A DNA stretch of 64,000 nucleotides from Euprymna scolopes. Its lineage: Eukaryota. A model generated the notes under the pieces. That model was given only the letters and a program-made list of their open reading frames with translations. It was not told the DNA's origin and ran no database searches. The stretch is from the NCBI GenBank assembly GCA_053919585.1, contig CM132818.1. One strand, 5' to 3'. The position numbers and the translations under genes were made by a program. The first letter of the stretch is position 1, and every line of letters begins with the position of its first letter. Positions 11,135-22,200 of this stretch are shown in pieces.

Positions 11135-11804
11135 TACATAGATAAACTAAAAAATACATATAAAAATGTAATAAAAAATAAATAAATTAATAAAATATAT
11201 GCATATATGAGTATGTGTATGCATGTATATGTGTATGCATATATGTGCATATGTATGTATACGAGCGTACATATATTGACCTATACACTTAAGCAAGGGA
11301 ATCAACTGACTAAACATGTAGTTTCCTCTCTTAGAGCATTCTCATTACCCAAGACGGATACAAGCATAGCAAACATAACACTCCTAACTACACAATTATA
11401 ACTAATCATTAATAGACATTGAAAACAAAAAAATGCTATAATAATTCCTAATATTACTTAATACTTATCACAATGTGTATCCTGAAAATTGATTTGAGAG
11501 CTTGCCTCACTTCCGATCACAAATACAAAAAAAAAAAAATTACTAAAAAATAAATAAAAAGACAAAGGAAAGCCAAACAATTGTACACATTACTTTTTGG
11601 CAAAAAAAATTTTATTCTCAAAAATTTTTTGATATCAACATCTACATCCTGTACGACACATCATGTTGGTAAATCCCTTCAATATTGCCATTCTTTTATA
11701 CACTGACTTGTGTCCATAGTGTTTCCCACATTGCAATGGCCTTCAAACACAACTCTTTTCAATGCAAATATTATTTTAAAATCTTTTTTTGCCAATAAAA
11801 TAAA

Positions 11805-13220
11805 TAAGAATTCAGGTGATCAGTCATCTCCCTCTCAGTACAGGCCAATAAGTCTCCTGTGCGTCATGAGTAAGTTGCTGGAATCTGTGTTTAATAGAGA
11901 AGTAGTCAACCATCTCAGCAAAAATAACCTTCTTAGTAACATGCAATATGGTTTCCGTTCTGCTAAATTTACAGCAGATGTTTTTACAGTTATATCTCAT
12001 AGGATTAGTAAATCTCTCGTTGAGGCTTCCTTTCTAGGGCAATTGCTCAAAGGCCTTTGATAGGGTGTGGCATAAAGGTTTACTTCACAAGATCTCCAGC
12101 TATGGTGTAGCTGGAAATGTCTTCTCAATTATTAAATCATTTCTCTCTGATAGGTTCATAAGAGTAGTGGTTGATGGGCTAAAATCAGAAGCTCACAGTA
12201 TTAATGCTGGAGTCCCTCAGGAGTCCATCCTGGGCTCAACTCTTGCTCTACATTAATGATCTTCCAAATCACATCCTTACATCATTCACAGACATTTATA
12301 CTGATGACACTACCATCTATGGTAGCACATTAAAAACCGTAAATGACCAAGTTCTCTCTGATTCTCTCTCCTCTGATCTTGAGCATGTGGTACAAGGGGG
12401 AAAGAGGTGGCTGGTTACTTTTAATACATCTAAAACCAAGCTTCTATCTTTACATCATCATCACTCTGATCTCCATCTGGCATCAATTAAAATGAATGGC
12501 TCTCGTCTTGGGGAGGCTTCATGTTTTGACAAGCTTCTTGACATTTATTCCTGATCTGAAATGGAACACATACATCAAATCCGTTGCCAAGATCACTGGA
12601 AAAATGGTGAGATACTTCTATCATTAGATATCTCACTGCTGATGCAATTCTCTACTCGTATAAGAGTCAGGTATGTCCAAGGATGGAATACTGTTGCCAC
12701 ATCTGGCCAGAATCTGCTGGAAAGGACTTATCCTGCCTTGATAGAGTTCAAAATAGACTTTGTAGCCTAGTAGGGGATGCCCTTTTCTCTTCCCTGCAAC
12801 CTCTTTCTCACAGAAGAGATGTTGCGAGTCTGTCTCTGCTTTATTATTTTCATGATAAGTGCTCGTCTGAGCTCCAGTCTATGGTCCCTCCTTGCCAAAC
12901 TTTCACGAGAAACACTCGTCTAGCTGAAAACACTATCAATAATTTCCCCCACTCTTTATCTGTGCCTAAACCTAAATGTAGATTCCATGAACAAAGTTTC
13001 TTTCTCCTCACTGCACGCCTTTGGAACTGAGTACAATATGGTTGTCTTCAAGTCCGACGTAAACAAGTTCTTGATGAGCCGTTCCACTTAAATTAACAAA
13101 TTTCCATTACTAACAATTACTATATTGTCCAATTGAACACTGTACACTCTTTAACCCTTGTCCTCGAGTGGCCTCTGGGCCTTGATAAGTGGTGATGCCT
13201 ATGTAAAAAAAAAAAAAAAA
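11805..13220 (+). mobile_element. CR1/L2-group LINE, 5'-truncated ORF2 RT with 3' UTR and poly(A)
   Basis: QYRPISLLCVMSKLLE, QYGFRS, KAFDRVWHKGLLHKI, GVPQESILG, YINDL, YTDDTT, FNTSKTK, MEYCCHIW, LSHRRDVASLSL; A-tract at 13205-13220; several frameshifts. Confidence 0.9.
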
Positions 13221-13819
13221 TAATAATAAACGCTCTCATCAGAGACATGAATATTGTTTCATGCAATTTTTTTTTAATTGCACTAGTTGCATTTCAAACA
13301 CAACTCCTTTCACACTATGCACAATGTTTCAAGCAAACTACATCCTCCTCATATATATATATATATATAAAAAACATAATATAATATATTAAATAAAAGA
13401 GATATATAGAAGAAATAAAAAACTATAGACAAAATATATAGGACGAAAAATATAACAAAAATAACATGTAAAAATAATAAAATAGAGAAAAATGGAATAA
13501 AAAAATAAAAATATTGCTGTCCAACAAGTCAGCACAGTAATGTCTGTACGAATATTTCGGAAGCCAAATGGTAATCCAGTAAATCTCTATCACAAATCAC
13601 CAAATCCAAGATGAGGAGTAAAAAAGTCTGCAGTAAATTCTTGCAGAAAAGTAATTGAACCAAGTGAAGTGCATTTGCTACATGACAATGTGAAAATATG
13701 AAGATAAAAATCAAATAGCTGAGAAAAAAAAACAAGGCCGATAGCCATTAGTCGTGTGCTCTCGTGTAATGAATGAATGCCTGAATGTAGGATTGATATG
13801 AAATTCTTAAAGATAAACT

Positions 13820-13995
13820 AAAATGACCGAAAAATGGGCTGAAATGACTTAAATAAATAAAAAGTAAATGACTTAGAATGACTTTAATGAACTTAAGGAT
13901 GAATTGAATGACCTTAAGAATGACTTGAATGCTTAAAAAATGACTGGAATCCTTCAAAAATAACTTGAATGATCTGGAGAATGACTTGAATGGTT
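13820..13995. repeat. Degenerate short tandem repeats (AATGACTT core)
   Basis: Repeated aatgactt/aatgacc motifs at roughly 10-21 bp spacing. Confidence 0.7.
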
Positions 13996-14160
13996 TTGAG
14001 ACTGATTGGTTGTAAAGTGGGTGATCATTTTACATTAAATTAATACAGAAGTGATCCTCCACTTTATATCACAAAAATTATTTGATTTAGGGAATTTGAA
14101 ACGTTATATTAGGTATGTGGCCAAGGTAAAGTTACAAACATAAGTACAGCATGTAGTAAG

Positions 14161-14662
14161 AACAGATACTACACTTTGATCTTGGCCAAAAGGCTAAGAA
14201 AAGGGTATTTATTTGCTCCCCCACTGAGCAAATTAGGCACAAGGCCGATTTTTAATGTGAGCAGTGAAGGGGAAATGGGGACCAACTCCCCGGGGAGTAG
14301 GGGAGCTGAATAGTGATAATTGGTATGAAGAGTTGCCCCTACATTGACCAAGGTCTTATATGTGAGGTTGCCCCCACATATGGTCTTTGCTTGTAGTATC
14401 TGCCGGAACAGATACTAAACTTTGATCTTGGCCAAAAGGCTAAGAAAAAGGTATTTATTTGCTCCCCTACCGAGCAAATTAGGCACAAGGCCGATTTTTA
14501 ATGTGAATAGTGAAGGGGAAATGGGGACCAAGTCCCCGGGGGCTAGGGGAGCTGGATAGTGGCAATTGGTATGAAGGGTTGCCCTTACATTGACTAAGGT
14601 CTTATATGTGGGGTTGCACCCACATATGGTCTTTGCTTGCAGTATCTGCCAGAAGAGATACC
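14161..14662. repeat. 246-bp tandem duplication (2 copies plus start of a third)
   Basis: AACAGATACT..TTTGATCTTGGCCAAAAGG at 14161 and 14407; paralogous ORFs 14169-14351 and 14415-14681. Confidence 0.92.
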
Positions 14663-15109
14663 ACACTCCAATCCCAGCCAAAAGGCCAAGAAAAGCTTAA
14701 AAAGCTAAGAACAGCATCTATTAACAACAGACCTTCGATCTTAACCAAAAAGTCCAAGCACAAAAGTGTTACGGACAGACCGACCGCGTTACTTATAGTC
14801 GCTTGCACGCGACTAAAAACAGTTTTCATCAAATGGAAATGGAATCATCTCATCTTTTCTAGTGCGACAATTTTAATGTTCCACCCTATACATATAGATG
14901 TTATTTATTTGCTTTTGTTTTGCGATACTTTTTGAATGAATTTAATTATTTATACGAAAGTGCATTTTTACCTAAATGCGTGTTGGGAATGATTTTCCTT
15001 TTTACCAATTTCGTAACCCCAAATGGGGAGTGGCATATATATTGTTTTTAAAATATAATTATCCACTGAGATGTGTTTTGTCATTTATGACTCAACAGAT
15101 TCGATTCAG

Positions 15110-15150
15110 CCACTCTGATGAGTCCCAGATGACGAAACACGTGCCAGTGG
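15110..15150 (+). ncRNA. Degenerate minimal type I hammerhead ribozyme (PLE-type)
   Basis: CCACT-CTGATGA-GTC(ccagat)GAC-GAAA-CACGTG-CC-AGTGG: 5-bp stem I, conserved core, 3-bp stem II, palindromic stem III. Cleavage triplet is GCC rather than GUC. Confidence 0.65.
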
Positions 15151-15152
15151 AT

Positions 15153-15155
<3 letters not shown>

Positions 15156-15213
<58 letters not shown>
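15156..15213. repeat. (TA)n microsatellite
   Basis: Directly visible. Confidence 0.95.
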
Positions 15214-15217
<4 letters not shown>

Positions 15218-15244
15218 AGATTTGCTTATGCATCATATGGAAAA

Positions 15245-15810
15245 CTGTAATAAAGGGCTGACACACTCTGCCAAGCTCATGACCTACAAACCTGCTGTAT
15301 GCCGATATGACTTGGGTGCTCTATAGAAAAGACCTGAGAAAGTTTGAACATTTTCACCAAGCAAAGCTGCGTAATATCTTACACATAAAGTGACAAGACT
15401 TAATCACAAACACCGAAGTTCTCCTCCACTCAGGAATGGAAAGCATAGAAACCACAATAATAAGACACTGTCTACGCTGGGCTGGACACCTTTCCCAAAT
15501 GCCTGATAACCACCTACTCAAGCAAGTTCTTTATTCAGAACTTGACACTGGATCCAAACCTTGTGGAGCATCAATCAGCTGAAATCTACGGCGACCAAAA
15601 TTGACACAAACAACTGGGAAGTCAATGCAGCCAACAGGGAGAGCTGGAGAAGAAACACCAAAATTTTCAAAAACAACAGAAGACAAAAAGAGCTGGAAGA
15701 AAAGCTGGAGATCAACAACCTGTGAACCCTCCTACTATCCCCCGTGGCGACTGCGGCTGCTTTTTCCATGCACAAATAGGTCTTGTTTTAGGTCGTATTA
15801 AGTGCCAATG
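15245..15810 (+). mobile_element. RTE-clade LINE 3' fragment
   Basis: KLMTYK..WVLYRKDLRKFEHFHQAKLRNILHIK*QD.ITNTEVL..LRWAGHLSQMPDNHLLKQVLYSEL..WEVNAANRESWR, plus a CxxC remnant. Confidence 0.85.
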
Positions 15811-15924
15811 AGAAAAATGTATACTTGTATCGGAGTTCTGCCAATGACGATATATATATAAGGTTGGTGGGAGATAACCCCAGCAAAATGCTGCATGAGT
15901 AAGAGAATTCAAAACTTATTTCTT

Positions 15925-16449
15925 TGATGTATGTTCCAAAAGTAATGACCATTTTTATTCCACCTGAATGGATCAGAGGGAACTGCAAATTGCATTGTTA
16001 TAATGACTGAACTTATGAATTCATGATCTGAAACTTTCATCTCTCTGTTGCAGATATTGATGGTGTGAGACTCTAATGAAGCAACCCTTGTCATCGATGT
16101 GCGTCAAAAGCAGAGATGCGTCATTGAATTCCTCCATGCAGGAAAAATTGAATCGATCAACATTTACTGATGCTTGTTGAACGTTTATGAAGCAGTTAGG
16201 AGATGGGTTCATCGATTTCAGGGTGGCGACAGAGATGCAAGCGACAAGGTGCTCTCTGAACTTTTATGATCAAGGTATCAAAAGAGGTTGACAAAAGTGC
16301 ATTGAGAATGGTGGTGACTATGTACTAAAATAAATTCTGAAACTCAAAAGGTTGCTCGTTTTAATGGTACCAACTCCCGTCTTTGTAGCTCTTCAACATT
16401 TTAGTTTTTTAGTTAAAAAATAGATTTTACTTCTGAAACGACACTCATA
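15925..16449 (+). mobile_element. Internally deleted old mariner remnant
   Basis: DVRQKQRCVIEFLHA..LLNVY..VRRWVHRFQGGD joined to FYDQGI..QKCIENGGDYVLK*; TIR-like end TTACTTCTGAAACGACACTCATA. The left boundary is uncertain. Confidence 0.7.
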
Positions 16450-16814
16450 TGTATTACAGAAGATCATGACAACATCGGTGTCATCAGGGTTTCAAATCCA
16501 AACAAAGGAACCCATAAGTGGTCTCCTTGGAGGAGGCAATTACAAACAGTGCTAATTTTATTTATCTTAATCTTTTTTTATATAGATATATATAAGACGG
16601 TAATGTAGTTTACTTGAAACATTGTTTAGCATGTATATATTGGTAATTTATAGAAGATAGATACAAACTGAAGCAAATTAAGAAATATGAGAGTGAAGGA
16701 AAGTTTTTGTGTCACACATGTGCATGTCCATAAATTGAGATTAGTTACAGCTGCCAATCATGTGTGCACATAAATAATTAAAGAAATAGCAAACTTCTAT
16801 TAAGAAGAGGCAAT

Positions 16815-16819
<5 letters not shown>

Positions 16820-16848
<29 letters not shown>

Positions 16849-17490
16849 AACTTTGTCATTGTGTCAGTGATTTTGTTCCCTAGAGACTCAAAAATGGCTG
16901 GCCCAATTTTTTATGAAATCTCACATACAAGTTCTTTATGTGCTTGGCAGTGTTCTTAGATAGGTTTCGATAAGTATCGATAATCAAAATAATCTGACGA
17001 AAGAAAGAACAGGCGATTTTGACCAAAGTTAACACTTTACACAGCCTCACATCACAAGTGCACTTGAGAAGTTTTATTATCACACAAACCAAAAGGCTCG
17101 ATATATAAAATATACAGTAGGTTCTTTGATATGACAGGGGCGCATTCGAAATGAATGTTTCTTTTTAGAGCACAATTGAAGCATGATACTTGACTTTTGC
17201 ATTTTAAACTTTAATTCAAGCTATTATACATAAAAAATAATTTTATAAAATTAACAGCAAGTTCTCTACAGTGCAATGTAGACTACAATGTATTGTGGAC
17301 TAAGTCACTGTGTGAAGGCATGTGAGCTTTCTCCCGGTGCACCATGATGAGTCCCCAACTAGAGTAGACAATCAATCAATTTAATTGAAAAATGGGCGAT
17401 TTTACTGATTTCGATGACAATAAAAATATGACATATGAAACATTCATTGATCATCATTCAATCCCAGGTAACGTCGAGTCACACTGCTAG
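16820..17490 (+). mobile_element. Probable non-autonomous Helitron
   Basis: Starts in a (TA)n tract and ends CCCAGGTAACGTCGAGTCACACTGCTAG|T, a decayed CCCGGGCAACGCCGGG-type hairpin followed by the CTAG terminus. Confidence 0.5.
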
Positions 17491-17937
17491 TATATATTTA
17501 AAAAGAAAAAAAGTTTAGTCCAATAACTATAACTCTGGTATAACACCATTTTTTTTTATACAAAATAAAATATAAATCTTGAGAATACAAATAAATACTG
17601 AAAGTAAAATTTAGCTCAATGGTTTACACACAGTCAAACAGAGCTTATATATTATGCCTCCGTAGAATTCAAAATTTGACATAATTAATATTTTGTAATG
17701 ATACTTTTCAAAATTCAAAGCATCAACAATATTTATCCTCGTGTGCAATTGTGCATATGTTTAAGAAATTTTAATTTATCATTTTTACAACAGTGTAAAA
17801 AATTGACAATTAATCTGTATATCATTGTCAGCACATTATTTATCAATTCAATATTGGTAATATTCAATTGAAATGTTCAATTAATACAAAAATAAAACAA
17901 AGTCTGGAATCTTTTTTTATGACAGGTTAAATAATAC

Positions 17938-19230
17938 TTTTTTATGGAAATCGTGTAAGACAAGGCATAAAGCCAATAAATGTAAGGAAAATGAAAGATG
18001 ATTATTGCAAAGTCAAGAGATGCATTAGTTTTGAAAAGACTAAGGCTGTGGGTAGAAGGAAAACAATGAGCAGGAAGAGAGTTCCACAACCTTGCAATCC
18101 TTGGAAAGAAGTTACTGAAATAAGAAACCATATTATTTACGATAACAAATTGATGAAGAGATCTAAACTAAGTCAAACAGGCTGAACAAAAGAAGCAATG
18201 AGTAGATCAGACAATTCTGAGGAACACACGCCATAATAGAATTTGTAGAAAAGACTGAGACTAGCAACATCACGTTTGTGAAAGAGAGGTTGCAGTGAAA
18301 AAGAAAGGGTGGGGGGGCCAATTAAATTACAGATACGTTTTTGCACCCTTAAATGGGACACAGATTCACTAGCTCAAATATGACAACAGAACGCCATACA
18401 TGGATAGATTTGTAGAGATAGAGAATTGCCTCTGGTGTGAGAAAATGTTAAGAATGATAGAGAGAACCGATTTTACGAGAAGCAAAAATGGATTTAATAT
18501 ATAGACTCCAAAAAAGATTTGATGAGAAAGAACGATCAAAAAGTTTTAGAGTCGATTTCTCATTACGCCATACTTGTTTCCAGAAGTCCAATAACATTTC
18601 CAGTAACCTTCACCATCGACAGTATTTCACAAATATATGAGGGAGGGACCATGTCGTATGCCTTCCTGTAATAGATCCATACTACACTCAAATTCCTCTT
18701 CTTCTTTCCATCCTGCAACACTGCCTTATCAACCATTAGTTGAAGTTTGTTACTCTTGATTTTGCCGGCAGTCTTTTCTGTTCATTAAGGAGAACACCAT
18801 TACTCAAAAGATGGCGATAAACCTTGAAAGACCAAAAAGTTTCAGAGTTGATTTCTTGTTGAATACAGAGCCATCCATAAAACTCTCCGGAAGAAAAGGG
18901 GCATCCCTGAGATTGAAGGACAATAGTTGAGTCTTAACAGGATTAAACGAAACAAGCTTTTTGTTACCCCAATTCATAACTGAACCCAGATCAACTTCTA
19001 AATCAACTGCATATTTGAACTGATCCAAGGAAGATGGGTGAGAAGTAATACCAGAACATTGGGGGGTGTTATCAGCAGAAATGGTGATTCTTTGAATAAT
19101 ATTCTTTGAAAGGTCATTTAGGTAAAGAAGAAATAATGTTGGATCTTGAATAGAGCCCTGGGAAAAAGAAAATGAAGATACTCCATCAAGAGTTACTCAT
19201 AAACTTTGATCAGAAAGAAAAAAAAAACTA
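17938..19230 (-). mobile_element. CR1/L2-group LINE, heavily decayed RT 3' part, running directly into the satellite
   Basis: Minus strand from 19230: FLSDQSL*VTLDGVSS, QGSIQDPTLFLLYLNDL, ISADNT, WGNKKLVSFNPVKTQ, LQPLFHKRDVASLSLFYKFY, FFPRIARLWNSLP; short A-tail at ~17938. Confidence 0.88.
18561..18828 (-). mobile_element. Internal R4/Dong RT fragment inserted into the CR1 copy
   Basis: Reverse complement aligns by eye with 806-1025 (TCAAGGTTTAT..CCATCTTTTGAG..ATGGTTGATAAGGCAGTGTT..GAAGGTTACTGGAAATGTTAT..CTTCTGGAAACAAGTATGGC) and encodes VWIYYRKAYDMVP. Confidence 0.88.
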
Positions 19231-22200
19231 AAGATTATGTAGAAAACCAGGATGTGACACTGTAAAACACTAGTGAAATGTCAAGAACAAATACCATAGC
19301 TTCAAAGATTATGTAGAAAACCAGGATGTGACACTGTAAAACACTAGTGAAATGTCAAGAACAAATACCATAGCTTCAAAGATTATGTAGAAAACCAGGA
19401 TGTGACACTGTAAAACACTAGTGAAATGTCAAGAACAAATACCATAGCCTCAAAAATTATGTAGAAAACCAGGATGTGACACTGTAAAACACTAGTGAAA
19501 TGTCAAGAACAAATACCATAGCTTCAAAGATTATGTAGAAAACCAGGATGTGACACTGTAAAACACTAGTGAAATGTCAAGAACAAATACCATAGCTTCA
19601 AAGATTATGTAGAAAACCAGGATGTGACACTGTAAAACACTAGTGAAATGTCAAGAACAAATACCATAGCCTCAAAGATTATGTAGAAAACCAGGATGTG
19701 ACACTGTAAAACACTAGTGAAATGTCAAGAACAAATACCATAGCCTCAAAAATTATGTAGAAAACCAGGATGTGACACTGTAAAACACTAGTGAAATGTC
19801 AAGAACAAATACCATAGCCTCAAAAATTATGTAGAAAACCAGGATGTGACACTGTAAAACACTAGTGAAATGTCAAGAACAAATACCATAGCTTAAAAGA
19901 TTATGTAGAAAACCAGGATGTGACACTGTAAAACACTAGTGAAATGTCAAGAACAAATACCATAGCCTCAAAAATTATGTAGAAAACCAGGATGTGACAC
20001 TGTAAAACACTAGTGAAATGTCAAGAACAAATACCATAGCCTCAAAAATTATGTAGAAAACCAGGATGTGACACTGTAAAACACTAGTGAAATGTCAAGA
20101 ACAAATACCATAGCCTCAAAAATTATGTAGAAAACCAGGATGTGACACTGTAAAACACTAGTGAAATGTCAAGAACAAATACCATAGCCTCAAAGATTAT
20201 GTAGAAAACCAGGATGTGACACTGTAAAACACTAGTGAAATGTCAAGAACAAATACCATAGCCTCAAAAATTATGTAGAAAACCAGGATGTGACACTGTA
20301 AAACACTAGTGAAATGTCAAGAACAAATACCATAGCCTCAAAAATTATGTAGAAAACCAGGAATTGACACTGTAAAACACTAGTGAAATGTCAAGAACAA
20401 ATACCATAGCCTCAAAAATTATGTAGAAAACCAGGATGTGACATTGTAAAACACTAGTGAAATGTCAAGAACAAATACCATAGCCTCAAAAATTATGTAG
20501 AAAACCAGGATGTGACACTGTAAAACACTAGTGAAATGTCAAGAACAAATACCATAGCTTCAAAGATTATGTAGAAAACCAGGATGTGACACTGTAAAAC
20601 ACTAGTGAAATGTCAAGAACAAATACCATAGCCTCAAAAATTATGTAGAAAACCAGGATGTGACACTGTAAAACACTAGTGAAATGTCAAGAACAAATAC
20701 CATAGCCTCAAAAATTATGTAGAAAACCAGGATGTGACACTGTAAAACACTAGTGAAATGTCAAGAACAAATACCATAGCCTCAAAAATTATGTAGAAAA
20801 CCAGGATGTGACACTGTAAAACACTAGTGAAATGTCAAGAACAAATACCATAGCTTCAAAGATTATGTAGAAAACCAGGATGTGACACTGTAAAACACTA
20901 GTGAAATGTCAAGAACAAATACCATAGCCTCAAAAATTATGTAGAAAACCAGGATGTGACACTGTAAAACACTAGTGAAATGTCAAGAACAAATACCATA
21001 GCCTCAAAAATTATGTAGAAAACCAGGATGTGACACTGTAAAACACTAGTGAAATGTCAAGAACAAATACCATAGCTTCAAAGATTATGTAGAAAACCAG
21101 GATGTGACACTGTAAAACACTAGTGAAATGTCAAGAACAAATACCATAGCCTCAAAAATTATGTAGAAAACCAGGATGTGACACTGTAAAACACTAGTGA
21201 AATGTCAAGAACAAATACCATAGCCTCAAAGATTATGTAGAAAACCAGGATGTGACACTGTAAAACACTAGTGAAATGTCAAGAACAAATACCATAGCCT
21301 CAAAAATTATGTAGAAAACCAGGATGTGACACTGTAAAACACTAGTGAAATGTCAAGAACAAATACCATAGCCTCAAAAATTATGTAGAAAACCAGGATG
21401 TGACACTGTAAAACACTAGTGAAATGTCAAGAACAAATACCATAGCCTCAAAAATTATGTAGAAAACCAGGATGTGACACTGTAAAACACTAGTGAAATG
21501 TCAAGAACAAATACCATAGCCTCAAAAATTATGTAGAAAACCAGGATGTGACACTGTAAAACACTAGTGAAATGTCAAGAACAAATACCATAGCTTCAAA
21601 GATTATGTAGAAAACCAGGATGTGACACTGTAAAACACTAGTGAAATGTCAAGAACAAATACCATAGCCTCAAAAATTATGTAGAAAACCAGGATGTGAC
21701 ACTGTAATACACTAGTGAAATGTCAAGAACAAATACCATAGCCTCAAAAATTATGTAGAAAACCAGGATGTGACACTGTAAAACACTAGTGAAATGTCAA
21801 GAACAAATACCATAGCCTCAAAAATTATGTAGAAAACCAGGATGTGACACTGTAAAACACTAGTGAAATGTCAAGAACAAATACCATAGCTTCAAAGATT
21901 ATGTAGAAAACCAGGATGTGACACTGTAAAACACTAGTGAAATGTCAAGAACAAATACCATAGCCTCAAAAATTATGTAGAAAACCAGGATGTGACACTG
22001 TAAAACACTAGTGAAATGTCAAGAACAAATACCATAGCCTCAAAAATTATGTAGAAAACCAGGATGTGACACTGTAAAACACTAGTGAAATGTCAAGAAC
22101 AAATACCATAGCCTCAAAGATTATGTAGAAAACCAGGATGTGACACTGTAAAACACTAGTGAAATGTCAAGAACAAATACCATAGCCTCAAAAATTATGT

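Larger units (their letters stand above)
13731..14819 (-). mobile_element. Helentron-associated non-autonomous element (HINE/DINE-1-like)
   Basis: Minus strand starts TTTTTAGTCGCGTGCAAGCGACTA (hairpin), followed by GGTCGGTCTGTCCGT microsatellite. It ends CACACGACTAATGGCTATCGGCCTTGTTTT, an inverted copy of the subterminal repeat plus a T-run. Internal tandem repeats are present. Confidence 0.65.

Noticed and set aside
10948-15326. Low-complexity ORFs such as 10948-11250 and 14976-15326 (YIYIYI)
   Set aside because: They are translations of AT-rich microsatellite sequence.
17340-17380. Second hammerhead-like motif (ATGATGAGTCC)
   Set aside because: It lacks the CUGA start, the GAAA box and the pairing stems.
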